This document shows, piece after piece, positions 26,721 through 39,597 of a DNA stretch of 64,000 bases (positions are counted from its first letter, which is position 1; each line of letters begins with the position of its first letter). The notes below the pieces were generated by a model that searched no databases, had not been told where the DNA came from, and saw only the letters and a program-made list of their open reading frames with translations. A program made the translations under genes and the position numbers. This DNA is from Felis catus (taxonomy: Eukaryota). The stretch lies in assembly GCF_018350175.1 (NCBI RefSeq), contig NC_058368.1, positions 60,390,001-60,454,000 on the forward strand, written 5' to 3'.

Positions 26721-26905
26721 GGGGCACCTATGCTGACAGCTCAGAGCCTGGAGCCTGCCTTGGTATTATTATATTATATTATATTATATTATATTATATT
26801 ATATTATATATGTCTTCCTCTCTCTCTTCCCCTCCCCCACTCATGCTCACTATCTCTCTCTCTCTCTCTCAAACATAAATAAAAATTTAAAAAATTCACA
26901 AAACA
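26721..26905 (+). mobile_element. CAN SINE with internal deletion and an (ATATT)n expansion
   Basis: ggggcacct is joined almost directly to tgctgacagctcagagcctggagcctg; (ATATT)n at about 26765-26810; CT tract and A-tail follow. Confidence 0.85.
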
Positions 26906-27568
26906 AAGAACTACCTAAGACTATATACTCTGACAATTTCAATTTCTAAGTCACTCAAAGATCTTACTTTGGAATAGCCACCTAAGAAGTATCACCACAG
27001 TTAGATGCTTTTGGACTCAAGCGTTTTCTGCTGCTGCACTTGAAATTGCCTGCTCCCCTTGCTCCATCATCAAGGATGCTGCCCAGGATTCTTCCTTTAC
27101 CTTCTGCACATGCACAGATTCCTTGGGCTGAGGCAAGGTGGAGCCATTGGTGGTGAAATGTAGTTAAGAGGAAACTGAGGTGGGGGGAAGGGGAGGCTGG
27201 GAAAGAAAGGAATTGGAAAAGGGAGTTCTTTCTACCACTCTTTTCATCACCCCGAGGACTATACATGCTTGCTTTCAGATGCTTGCTCCATTTCTCCATT
27301 TACAATTGCCAAAGTACCTGATTGTGGTGAGTGCAAAGCTCTGGGCCTAGTTTCTGTGATAGTTTCTCCATATTTCCTTCTGACATGTAGATTTTTTTGT
27401 TTTTTGGTTTTTTTTTTTTTTTGTTTTTTTTTTTTAGTTCATGTATTAGGAACTTTGTGTGTGTGAATGGATATGTTTGACTTTATTACTCTTTCTATAC
27501 CAAAAGAGGCTGGAAGGTTAAAGGAGAAAAGTGAAATTTAACTCTATTTCCCTAACACTACCAATGAT

Positions 27569-27601
<33 letters not shown>

Positions 27602-27630
27602 AGATCAATAGATAGATAGACAGATAGACA
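27569..27630. repeat. (GATA)n/(GACA)n tetranucleotide repeat
   Basis: Seen directly. Confidence 0.9.
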
Positions 27631-27687
27631 GTCTGTGGATTTGTTGAGGTAGGTGAGACACTGTGTAGTTTTAGCTGTTTTCCATTA

Positions 27688-28176
27688 CAGATCTTCCTGG
27701 ACTTACAATAGAGTTATATCTCAACAAGCTCATTATAAATTGAAAATATCATAAGGTGAAAATGCATTTAGTTCATCCAACCTAGTGATCATTATTGCTT
27801 AGCCTAGCCTATTTTAAATGTGCTCAGAACACTTACATTAGCCTACAGTTGGGCAAAATCATCTCACACAAAGCTTAGATTATAATAAAGTGTTGAATAT
27901 CTCATTGTAACATATTGAATACAGTATTGACAGTGAAAAACAGAATGACTGTGAGGGCACAGAAATGGTTGTCAGTGTATCAGTTGTTTACCGTCATGAT
28001 CACGTGGCTGCTGCTGCTCTAAGCATGACCAGAGAATATCCACTGCATGGAGTTAGCCCAGGAAAAAAGCAAAATTCAAAATTCCAAGTATGGTTTCTAC
28101 TGAATGTGTTATCTCTTTGGCAGGAATATAAAGTAAAAAAAATGTAAGTCAAGCCATCTTAAGTCAGGATCGATGG
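27688..28176 (+). mobile_element. Non-autonomous TcMar-Tigger DNA transposon (MER47/Tigger5-like)
   Basis: Begins TA|cagatcttcctggacttacaat and ends ...atcttaagtcaggatcgatgg (degenerate TIRs). The internal gcttagcctagcct...gctcagaacacttacattagcctacagttgggcaaaatcatct matches the MER47 consensus as I recall it. Confidence 0.85.
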
Positions 28177-30425
28177 AGGAAAGAAACTCTGATTAGAAGT
28201 ACAGAATAGTGGCTGGGGAAAGCATTAGTAAAAGGAATGAAATTAGACAAACGCTAGTTGACCTAGGTAGGATGCGTTGCTTTATGAGTATCATTTTATT
28301 CTCTACTTCCTGGAGCTGCTGATCATTGAGCTAAATACTCATCTCCAAGACTTTCATTTCCACTCTGCCAAATTCACACAATCTACCTACCTTGAATTCC
28401 TTCTGCAGGCCTTGAAAGGTATAATTACTTTGTTAGAATTGGAGAAGCCCCTCATGTCTTTACCTTTGGAGAAGGCAGAACTTAACAACCGTGATCTGAC
28501 TGGTAACTTAAATCATTTAATGTTTTTGAAAGTTGTCACATAGACACATTGTAATATTACACATTGTAATATTCATCTAGTGCAATAAATACTTAAGGGA
28601 TATTATAGATTAGATTACCTTTGTTAGTAGTATACAAGTATGTTTTATAGTTTGATATTATCAGAAAAAGTACCAACTTCAAAAACAGACTATGGGTGAT
28701 AATGTTTCAAATCTCCCCATTTGTAATTGCATTTTTATGTATTTCTTAATCAGTTCACAACTTTGTATTTAATCCAGTATATGAGTGACAAAAATATATT
28801 AGAAAAATGTATGTAGAGTTTAAATTGCTAATGCTTTTCATTTAGTGTTGAAATGCTGAGGGGTTTTGTGCGTGTTTTCTTCGTTTACTTTTTTGTAATC
28901 ATTGGTGACCAGATAAAGCCAATGGTAAATTTAAGAATGCACAACCTTAAAGATACACTATCATTGCAAATAGATATGGTTGCAACATTTCATGCAGCTA
29001 TATATAGATTCCAATAGAGTGATTTGGACACTTGCTATAGGTACCTTTTTTAAAAGTCCACTAAGAACAATCTGCATGATTTTTTTCTGTCCAGACTAAC
29101 ACACACAAATCTAAAGAATATTGCATCTCTGAGTTGGCTTTTTAAAATATTGATTTGATTTTTAAATGAAGGATATATTATTAAGCATTCATTAAAACAA
29201 GCCTCTATTTCATCAGTTCTTCAGAAAATATCACGGCCTTGGACATTTCTAGTTAGGGAACATTTATTTCATTCCAACATCCTTACTGTCTAATGATTTG
29301 GTCAGGTCATGAATAAGTCAACCCCTTACTCACCAAGATGGATTGTGAATGCATTTCTAACTAATTATCTAACAATACTATGAAATTATATTGTTTCTAT
29401 CATGTGAGTGAGGCAGAGAAATTGTATATGAATGTTTTTCAGCCTAGTTTGAAGCAGAAAATATATGTCTTTGAAGTGACAGAAGCAGACAGATTTTGCT
29501 GACAAGAAAGAATCTTTGTATTTGTGAGAAGTCACTGTAGAGACTATGGTCTCCATAGTCTCTACCATAGGGCAAAGAGGAAGAAATTGCAGATAGGGAC
29601 ATGCCTTCTAAAAATGAGAAGACAGCCACCACACCGCAGCAAACCATGTAAGGCAATAAAACAGTCATGTGACAAGTCCAATGACTATCATTCTGGCCAC
29701 TTTCAGAAAAAGCAGAAAAATAAGGCAACTAGAGGGTATGGTACGTTCAGTACTTACCCATTACTCTTATTGTTCAAAGTATCCAGGTCTTCATATCAGT
29801 TGGGAAGTGAGGTCTCTGTAGGGTAAAGTAACATGGCATTTGTTACTTCTCAACCATGGACAGAGGTCCTTTTTAGAAATTGGCCAATTTTGTTTGACCT
29901 TTGAATACAGTGACCAGATTTTGTTTTCTTTTATTTTGAGTAAGCACATGAATGAATAGATCTTGTCTTGCTAGATTGACATTCACTCATTGAGCATCAA
30001 GGAAACACTCTACAGGCACGCAAATTAAAATACTGATAGAATAGAACTAATCATTTTTTCGATACATTATCTAACTGGACAGAGAAACATATCAAACAGA
30101 TAATTTCAATATACCAGGATATAAATTTATAATTTCTTATAATCACTTTAAGTTAGGAATCTAGCCAAAAGATTTACATCTAAAATAGAAATCAAATATT
30201 GATTTAAATATAGATCATTTTGGATAATTTTTATTTTAAAGATTTAATTAATCAGTACATATCACTGAACCATACTATGTATATTTCTAAGTTTTCTACT
30301 CATGCTCTGTTTGAATTCATCTTTGCCAAAAATTTAGTAAAACTTCCTCTCTACTTAAATTTATAGAAAAACCATTTTTATATGTTTATTTGAACCCATT
30401 ATTTATCTTAAGAATCACAGTTCTT

Positions 30426-30642
30426 GGGGTACCTGAGTGGCTCAGTCAGTTAAGCCTCTAATTCTTGATTTCAACTGACGTAATGATCTCCCAGCCTTGA
30501 GATCACACCCCATGTTGGGCTCTGCACTGGGCATGGAACCTGCTTGAGGTTCTCTCTCTCTTTCTTCTTCCTCAGTACCTCCGCCTGTTTATCCTTTTGC
30601 GTGTTCTCTCTCTCTCTCTCTCCCTCCCTCCCTCTCAAAAAT
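30426..30642 (+). mobile_element. CAN SINE
   Basis: Head, CT-rich tract; TSD atcacagttctt at 30414-30425 and 30643-30654. Confidence 0.92.
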
Positions 30643-32429
30643 ATCACAGTTCTTTTGCACATTTTATTTTTTTCTCTTTTACCCATAAATAATTCAGCTT
30701 ATTTGGAATGTGGTGACTTTTGGTACACCAAAAGTGATTACCAGACTTGAAAATTATCACAGAAATTGTGGCCTGGACCTCACGCTAAGTAATTAATATC
30801 TGGAAAGCAAATAATCATCTAGACAAAAGATATTAGTTTCTGACAGAGGTAAAAGTGAAAGTGTTTATTCTCTCTTTTTCTTCCCCTCCTACTTCTCCTT
30901 CTTCTCCTCCTTCCTCTACTGAGTTCCTGCAAATAGTTGATTCCAGTTGTAAGAACAGTTTACAACCAGATAAGACCTCATTAATTGATGCATCAGGATT
31001 AATAAAGATGATTTACTAGGTGCTTTTTGCAGCTAAACTATTCAGACTGAAGATAGTCTAGGTTCTTTGGAATGTTTCATTTGTGATTTCAGGTCTCTGC
31101 CTTGAGCTGCATGAGTATAGCAGATACGTATTATTTTTTAATGAATTTGCCAGAAAGTGTTTGGTTGGTCAAATATATTTGATCATACTACTCAATTCAA
31201 TGAACATTAAGGTATTAAGAAATTGTTAAATTCCTCCAAACCTGAGGGAAAAAATTCAAATTTCAGTTCTGTTAATTCATACAGACTCAGCCTGAATCTA
31301 TATCAAAATTCATAATGGTTAATATCAAATAATAATGAGAATTTTATTTAATAATAGAAGGTGAACAATTGAAAATATATCAAACATTTAACAGAATCTT
31401 AGAATTTCCTTCATATGTGTTTGATATTCTAGAGAGATGAGTTTCATATACAAAGTATTCATTATTACAATTTTGACTAAATTCTTAAATTAAAATAAAC
31501 ACTTTTTATTAAGAATCATGAGTTACCAGGAATGATACTAAATGATTTTTTTGATAGTTTGTACCCAAAGTTGTGTATGTTTATAACAAATGCAGACTAC
31601 AATATTCTTGCGGATATAATTAGAATGCTTTACTATCTTTTGCCAAAAAAGGTTCACTCTCTTAATTCCCCCTGAAAATACTACACATTAATGCACTTGT
31701 TGGCAGTGGAAATCAGTAGAGTAACATAATGTGGTATCGCAGTAAGTTGCATTTTTATATTTATTAACATTCATCTATACTCAAAGTCTTATTTCCCTTG
31801 GATTTGGACAATTTCTTTTTATGAGATAAAAGAAAATGTGTCATAAAGTTAATTTCCACATCTAAATTGCAGGATTGTTGGTCCCTGAAAAATAAGATTC
31901 TTTTAATAGGAAATTTACCTATAGTAATAAAGCCTTAAAGCTTTCATTGCAACTAATTTTTTAGAAAGTCAGCAATAAGGAAAATGATTATAGTACAGCA
32001 GCAATAAAATACACTGTATAGGTTTAGTCAATATATAATGCAATATGATATATCTTACTTTTTTTTTATGGATTCATATAATACCTCCCTTCCTAGGAAG
32101 GGGAAACCAGAGGAAGAAATGAAGAAAAAAATAATTTAAAAAAAAGTCTATTTACAAGCATCTAGATTCCAAATTTTATACAGTTTTGTTTTTTGCTTGA
32201 AATATTCAGGTTTTATTTTAATATCCAGCATTTAATAGTCATGATATATGTTGGAAATAAGCTTTGATATATATCAACATATTTTATAAAGATGTATTCC
32301 ATTCCTAATACGAAGCAGGCACTGTGAATACAACCATGAAAAATCATAGAGTTGTCTCTCCTCCAGTGTTTCAGCCCTTATTTCTCAAAATGTGCTCTCC
32401 ATGTGGACGCTAAAGCCTTATAGATTTCC

Positions 32430-32570
32430 ACATGCATGATCTCTTCTCATGTAATAAGTAATCTATTCTCACTTTGTGGTGGTAAAATGAGTGATAGAGA
32501 AGATAATTTTTTCAAGGTCACCCAGCAAGTGATGAAGTGACGATTAAGAGGTGATCTCTGCCTCCAAATT
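32430..32570 (-). mobile_element. MIR fragment
   Basis: Degenerate MIR core (ttcaaggtcacccagcaagt). Confidence 0.5.
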
Positions 32571-32574
32571 CTTT

Positions 32575-33045
32575 TTCTTTTTTTTTTAATTTTTTAATGT
32601 TTATTTATTTACTTATTTATTTATTTATTCAACGTTTATTTATTTTTGGGACAGAGAGAGACAAAGTATGAATGGGGGAGGGGCAGAGAGAGAGGGAGAC
32701 ACAGAATCTGAAACAGGCTCCAGGCTCCGAGCCATCAGCCCAGAGCCCGACGCCCGACGCGGGGCTCGAACTCACAGACCGCAAGATCGTGACCTGGCTG
32801 AAGTCGGAGGCTTAACCGACTGCGCCACCCAGGCGCCCCAATGTTTATTTATTTTTGAGAGGAGAGAGACAAAGACAGAGTGTGAGCTGGGGAAGGGTCA
32901 GAGAGAGGGAGAACAGAATCCGAAGCAGGCTCCAGGCTCTGAACTGTCAGCACAGAGCCCGACATGGGGCTCGAACTCACAAGCCGCGAGATCATGACCT
33001 CAGGCCAAGTCTGACGCCCAACCAACTGAGCCACCCAGGCGCCCC
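32575..33045 (-). mobile_element. CAN SINE (host of the nested insertion)
   Basis: Body at 32840-33045 ending gagccacccaggcgcccc; its T-rich tail resumes at about 32575-32610. Confidence 0.9.
32611..32839 (-). mobile_element. Young felid CAN SINE nested in the tail of another SINE
   Basis: CpG-rich SINEC_Fc-type body; TSD aatgtttatttattt at 32596-32610 and 32840-32854. Confidence 0.92.
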
Positions 33046-33615
33046 TTTTTCTTTTTTAATTCTATGAATGCTAAAACCTAAAAAAACATGTAGAAAAGTA
33101 AATATAGGAAAAGATAACTGTGAAATCCCTTACAGAAGTGGAAAAGGAATTTATGAGAACACAAATGGGGAAGATACACTACATTGGGGGTTGGCAAAAA
33201 TATCATAGAACTAGTGATATTTTCAAATACTTCAAAAATAGGTCACCATTTTGACAAAAGAGAGTGGGAAATTGTGATGTGTAGTAATAGCCATAGAATG
33301 GAAGCTATAAACCCCGGGGGGAGACGTGAGAGTAGGCTACTCAACATTACTATTAGTATTAGTTAGTATTAGTGTAGGGGTGTGATCTGCAGAATATCCT
33401 GGAAAATCAAATTATTTTTCAAAAATGAGGAGCCTAGAAGCAATGTTGGGGAATTTCCAGAGAATGAGGAGCAATTAAAAGATTTTGAGCAGAGTTTTGA
33501 CATAATTCGATTTTTCATTTAGAAAAATATGTCTTGTAGAAGAGGATAAACTGGCTAAGAAAGGAGAAACACTGAAGAAAAGAACACTCCTTGGGTACAT
33601 ATTTCAGTAACCCAC

Positions 33616-33642
<27 letters not shown>
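33616..33642. repeat. (GT)n microsatellite
   Basis: Seen directly. Confidence 0.95.
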
Positions 33643-33647
<5 letters not shown>

Positions 33648-33798
33648 GAGAGTAAAAGGAAATGAGAAGGCATTTCACAAAGATAGTACATAGAAAGGTT
33701 TGGGCAATAGAGAGCATTTACCAGTATTTAAACTCTATGAACAGAAAGCAATTCTTGGTCTCTCCTATATCCCCAGCCCTCAGATAAGAATCTGGCAT

Positions 33799-34022
33799 GG
33801 GGCACCTGGGTGGCGCAGTCGGTTAAGCGTCCGTCTTCAGCCAGGTCACGATCTCGCGGTCCGGGAGTTCGAGCCCCGCGTCGGGCTCTGGGCTGATGGC
33901 TCAGAGCCTGGAGCCTGTTTCCGATTCTGTGTCTCCCTCTCTCTCTGCCCCTCCCCTGTTCATGCTCTGTCTCTCTCTGTCCCAAAAATAAATAAACGTT
34001 GAAAAAAAAATTAAAAAAAAAA
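33799..34022 (+). mobile_element. Young felid CAN SINE
   Basis: Many intact CpGs, long A-tail, TSD aagaatctggca at 33786-33797 and 34023-34034. Confidence 0.95.
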
Positions 34023-36554
34023 AAGAATCTGGCAAAAAGGACCAGGTAATCAGGAAAATATTTTATAATTAATAAATGTAGTGGGTGAAGGAGAGAGACT
34101 AGTAAAATATAAATGAACGTGGATGACACTTTTGACACAAGGGGTGAGTTGTTTTAGAAATATATTTTTATGATCCCAAATTTTGATGTTGGGAATGTTC
34201 TTCTGAAAACTCCTATTTGCTGATCAGTTTTTCAAATTGTCTCTGTATTTTGATGGGTTTGTATGATTTTACCAAAGACAGGAAACAAAGAATGGTAAAT
34301 ATTTTATGTGTTATTTTTGTAGTTTTTACATAGTTAACTATTACCTGAGAAATTCCATTATTGTGAATTACAGATCAGAATACTAGATTGTAAAAATACA
34401 CATCGGATATGTTTGTAGTCTTAGCTGCTGGTAAAGACACACATTTGAAATTTACATGTACTTTCTCTATAATGGAGAAAGCAGATTAAAAGATAGGTAT
34501 TTTCCACTGAGTGGAAAATACACCACACATGTTCAATATAGGGGCCACTTTGATAAACCACACTGTCGCTTTGGTGTGTGTGTGTATGTGTGTCCTTATA
34601 GAAAATGCACATTTCATTTTCCTACTCACAGTAATTAGCTTAATTACTTGAATCTACCAATCCTCCAGTTGTATTACCCTGAACAGGATTCCCATGTTTC
34701 CTATGGGAGACATTATTTCTAAATTTCTCTAAGGCTGTCAAAATGTTAACATACACCCTTGGGTTAGTGCAATTCCTTCACTGTTCTTTTGGGACTTAAC
34801 CGATTTAATGATTTAATTCCACAGAAGAGTTCATGTAACATAATCTATGTTTTTCCAGTAATAGAAGACTTCCTATATCAAATTTCCAAAAACTAATTTC
34901 CTAGTTAGTATTTGATAGTCTGAGTTGGATAGGTCCTTACTTCAGCTGCTCCCATTCCTGAAGAGGATGTACACACGGTGACATAATTTGTTCATAGCTC
35001 TAGAGGTGAGGTTCTCTTTTGCAGGCTGCTTGCTTATTCAGATTTCTGTTACCCCCAAAGCGTTGCTCAATCTCTGTGCAACCCGTGTGTTACAAACAAA
35101 ATGGCAGTCGAACCAGGATTCAGCACCTGGAAATGAAGCTATCCCTGCAAAGACCTTATGGTTTCTTGTAGGAGATGTGGATATAATAGTCGTGCTCAGG
35201 CTAGCTGGCCCCATTTTCACTCTTCACTTGGAGCAGAGCCACATATGCAACATTTCCTTTCTTAGTGCATGTATAGATGTGCCCCTAGGCACTCATCCTG
35301 AGAGAGGAAGCAAAATTAAAAATGGAATATAAATTTTCCCAGGCTTGTATTTGAGCCTCAAACTGAGGCAGAAAGGGCAGCAAATTCTGGAATGATTAGA
35401 AATGTTTAGAATCTAAATTTCCAGAACATCTACCTAAAATTTGAAGCACAATGTACTTGTTGTCATAGTCTCTTGGGACAGAAAATGATAATGAGCTGAA
35501 ATGTTTTCATTTTTGCCTGAAGAAATTTGTGACTTGGTGCATACACTGTCCAGGATTTGAATATCTAGGAGAGACATTTGTGTAACAGACACCTCCAGTT
35601 CAAGGTCAAGTGTGCTTTGCTCCTTGGTTGTAACACTAATGTTTCATCTCTCTTCTCTTCTCTCTTCTATGTATCTTTTTACTTTTTCTACCGAATTTCT
35701 ACTTTCAGTCCATAAACATGCTCACATCCTATTTATACGAATTTTAAAAGCTTTATTTACTTATTCCTCTAGCTATTGTCTCTCTTCTCTCTGTCCTAAT
35801 TAAACCTTATTTTTAAACCATGATCTGCCTTTTACTTCTTAATTCTTGTCAACTGATTTGATTTTTTCCCACAACCTGGGTCAATTGGATTTGTGATTCT
35901 ATAGTTGTTTTGATAATACCCCTGTTAATGTCACTAGTAATAAGCTGTTTCTTTAAAACCCACTATACTTGGTTTTTACCTAGTGAAATTCCTGCTGCAT
36001 TTGACACAGCTAATTGCTCCTGTGTTTCATGAACATGTCTGGTGCATTGCCAGCTACCTCTTATGATTCATCGTGCATCTGTTTGGTCACATTTTCCATC
36101 TCCACATTGAGTATCACTTGTCCTTCTTCCCCTTACTGTTCGTGTGCTTCAGATGTCTAAATTTGTTCTTCTAATCCTTCTTTTCTCTCCAGTTTTATGG
36201 CTCTAAATATTTTGAGTCATTTATGGAGTTAATTAAAACCTAAGATGCTTTGGAGAGCCATCCTTTCCATGGTCATCATTTTGGTTTATCAGGTCGGCAG
36301 CTCTTTTCACATGAGAGAGAACCCCATGTACCTTCTCTGGTATGTGTAGACCACCTCTGCTGAAGATGTACAAGGAGGCCAGTAAAGCAGAATCAACCCA
36401 TACTGTTGAAAATGTATAAGGAGGCAGATAAAGTAGAATCAACCCATACTAGATATTTTCGTTTACCCTTCTTTCTTCATATGCTGCCATTTTAATTTTT
36501 GGATATTTCTCAAATCACTCTCTTTTATCTTTGATAATATTGTTCATATTTATG

Positions 36555-37823
36555 GAATACATTTGTATTAAAACTTACCATTTAACCATTTTTAAGGTAA
36601 ATTTAACCATTTTTAAGGTAAAACTTACCATTTAACCATTTTTAAGTACATAATTCACTGGCATGACGTATGGTCACATTATTGTACAACCATCCCACCG
36701 TGCATCTCCCAAACATTTTTCTTCTTCCCAAACTTAAACTCTATACCCATTATACAGCAACCCTATGTTGTAATTCCTTATTTCCCTTAGCCCCCTATAA
36801 CCACCATTCTACTTTCTGTCTTTATGAATTTGACTACTCCAGGTACTTTGTATAAGTAGAATTATGTAGCGTATGTCCTTTTGTGACTAGTTTATATCAC
36901 TTAGACTAAGCTATTCATAGTTTATCCATCATAGTTTATCCACATGATACAGCATGTGTCAGAATTTCCTTCCTTTTTAAGGCTATCTGGTAGATATGTG
37001 GTTTGCTTCCACATCTTGGCTATGTTGAATAATGCTGGTATGAACTTAGATGCACAAATACATGTTTGAGTCCTTGTTTTCAATTATTTTAGGCATATAC
37101 CCAGAAGTAAAATTGGTGAGTCGTATGGTAGTTCTACTTTTAATTTCTTGAGGAAATGCTGTTCTGTTTTCTGTATCATCTACACCAATTTCCATCCCAA
37201 CCAGCAGGGCACAAACCTTCCAATTTATCTGCATTCTCACCAACATTTGTTATTTTTTATTTTTATTTTTTGTTGTTGTTGTTGTTTGGATGGTAACCAT
37301 GCTAATGGGTAAAAAGTGGTATGTCATTGCAGTTTTGATTTGTGTTTCCCTAATGTTACTGATGTTGAACATATTTTCACATGTTTATCGGTCGTATTTA
37401 AATTTTCTGTAGAGAAATGTCAATTCAAGTGCTTTACCCTTTTTTATTAGGTTTTTAGAATTCTTGAAATGCAGAAGTTCATTATATATTCTAGATAATA
37501 ATCTTTTACTGGATATATGTTTTGCAAATATTTTCTCCCATTTCATGGATTGTCTTTTTACCTTGTTGGTAGTAGCTTATGATGTCCTAAAATGTGTAAT
37601 TTTGATATAGTCCAGTTTATCTATATTTTCTTTTGCTGTTGGTATTTTTGATGTCACATTCAAGAAATCGTTGACATATTCAATACCATGAAGATTTCTC
37701 TCTATGCTTTCTTCTAAGAGTTTGATAGATTTAGCTCCTACATTTAAGTCTGTAAGACATTTTAAGGTATTTTTGTTTGCTTTTCTTTTTGGTATATGGC
37801 ATAATGGAAGGGTCCAACTTCAT
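36555..37823 (-). mobile_element. Old L1 3' fragment (L1MA/MB-like)
   Basis: Reverse-strand ORF2 C-terminus/3' UTR hallmarks (accattctactttctgtct, ttgatttgtgtttccctaatg, tttgcaaatattttctcccat); many stops. Confidence 0.85.
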
Positions 37824-37966
37824 CAACTGTAATATTATCTACCTGCATTTGTCCTTCCACACTTCTATCAGAATACTTTGTACACATTATAAATCTGATG
37901 ATATCATTCCCATGATTAAAAAAGCTCTTTGACATATTCCCTTTTCCTATGAGAAAGAGGCTAAGA

Positions 37967-38567
37967 TCTTTAAGATGGTAAATGAGATTTTCATCAAGGC
38001 TCTTACCTCACTTCTGTACATACTCTCCAACAGCATTAACATGTAAGATGCAGTTTATTGATTCCCTGTCCTTGAGGATAGTGCTCCTTTCCCTAGAATG
38101 CTATCTTTCTTTTCATGTTCATACCTTAGGCAGCAAGTCCTTCCTTAAAATCCACCACTTTCTTTCTTTGTTTTTTTTAAATCATTTTAATGGTTATTTA
38201 TTTTTGATAAAGAGAAAGAGAGAGTATAAGGGAGTTAGGAGGTGCAGAGACAGAAAGGGAGACACAGAATCCAAAGCAGGCTCCAGGCTCTGAGCTGTCA
38301 GCACAGAGCCCGACGCGGGGTTTGAACTCATGGACCACCAGAACATGACTTGAGCCAAAGCCGGACACTTAACCAACTGAGCCACCCAGGTGCCCCCAAA
38401 GCCTCCACTTCCTAAGCATCATATTTAAACAGGGTCCATTTCATATGTACCATTAAATCGGATGCCTATCACAATGATTTTGTCAGTCCTGTATAATAAT
38501 AATGGTTTTCTGTCATTTTTCCATGCTAGAAGATGAGCTTTTCCATGAGAGGACCTTATATTTTATT
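37967..38567 (+). repeat. Left arm of ~600-bp inverted duplication
   Basis: Reverse complement of 45433-46058, including a 93-bp identical stretch (38063-38155). Confidence 0.95.
38165..38397 (-). mobile_element. CAN SINE inside the left arm
   Basis: Ends gagccacccaggtgccccc; shares private variants with the SINE at 45601. Confidence 0.92.
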
Positions 38568-38666
38568 ATAAAACATCCAAAATGAAGTAGATCGTTATTT
38601 TAAGTATCAGTATAACTAAGCAACAGAAAATAACTGCCACTTTAATAAATCAGGGAAGATCCTGGG

Positions 38667-38677
38667 AAGATGGCGGC
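38667..38677 (+). promoter_or_regulatory. YY1 motif at the L1 5' end
   Basis: AAGATGGCGGC, 9 nt inside the element, where mammalian L1 promoters typically carry a YY1 site. Confidence 0.75.
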
Positions 38678-39597
38678 GTAGGAGGACACTGGGCTCACCG
38701 CACATCCTGCTGATCACTTAGATTCCACCTACACTTGCCTAAATAACCCAGAAAACCACCAGAAGGCTAGCAGAAAGGAGTCTCCGGAGCCAAGCGCAGA
38801 CGAGAGGCCCACAGAAGAGGGTAGGAAGGGCGGAGAGGCGGTGTGCGCTCTACAGACTGTAGGGAGGGAGCCGGGGCGGAGGTGCGGCCCGCCTGCCAAG
38901 CAGAGGCCCCGAGTCTGGCTTGCAAAAGTGGAGGGGCCGGACGGAGTGTGTTCCAACAGCAAGCGGGACTTGACATCTGGAAGGTTATAAGTTAACAGCT
39001 CTGCTTGGAGAACGAGAGGGCTGGAGGACAATGGGAGGGAGAGTTGCTGAGCCCCAGGACTACAGAGCTCAGTTTGGCAGGGAACAAAGGTGCTCGCCAG
39101 CGCCATCTCCCTCCCCCATTCCCCAGCCAAAATCCCAAAGGGAACCTGTTCCTGCCAGGGAACTTGCTTGCACCCGCAAAACCCAAGGCAAACACCCAAC
39201 TCTGTGCTTCTGCGGATCCATCCCTCAGGAGGCGGGTCTGACTCCCTCCTGGGGCCACAGGGCCCCTCCCTAAGCGGATCTCTGAAGGAAAAGGGAGCTC
39301 TGAGCCTGCCCCTCCCGCCCCTGTGCACCTTGCCTACCCACCCCAGCTAATACGCCAGATCCCCAGCACCACAAGCCTGGCAGTGTGCAAGTAGCCCAGA
39401 CAGGCCACGCCACCCCACAGTGAATCCCGCTCCTAGGAGAGGGCAAGAGAAGGCACACACCAGTCTGACTGTGGCCCCAGCGGTGGGCTGGGGGCAGACA
39501 TCAGATCTGACTGAGGCCCCGCCCACCAACGCAAGTTATTCAAGACAGCACAGGGGAGGTGCCCCACAGTCCCGCACCACTCCAGGGACTATCCAAA

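Larger units (their letters stand above)
37830..38567 (+). mobile_element. Ancient L2 3' region, interrupted by a SINE
   Basis: aaatctgatgatatcattccc... and ctagaagatgagcttttccatgagaggacc resemble the L2 3' consensus. Confidence 0.6.

Noticed and set aside
26165..28573. Small tandem duplications (30-bp period at 26165-26221; 15 bp x2 at 28544-28573)
   Set aside because: Ordinary slippage events with no sign of function.
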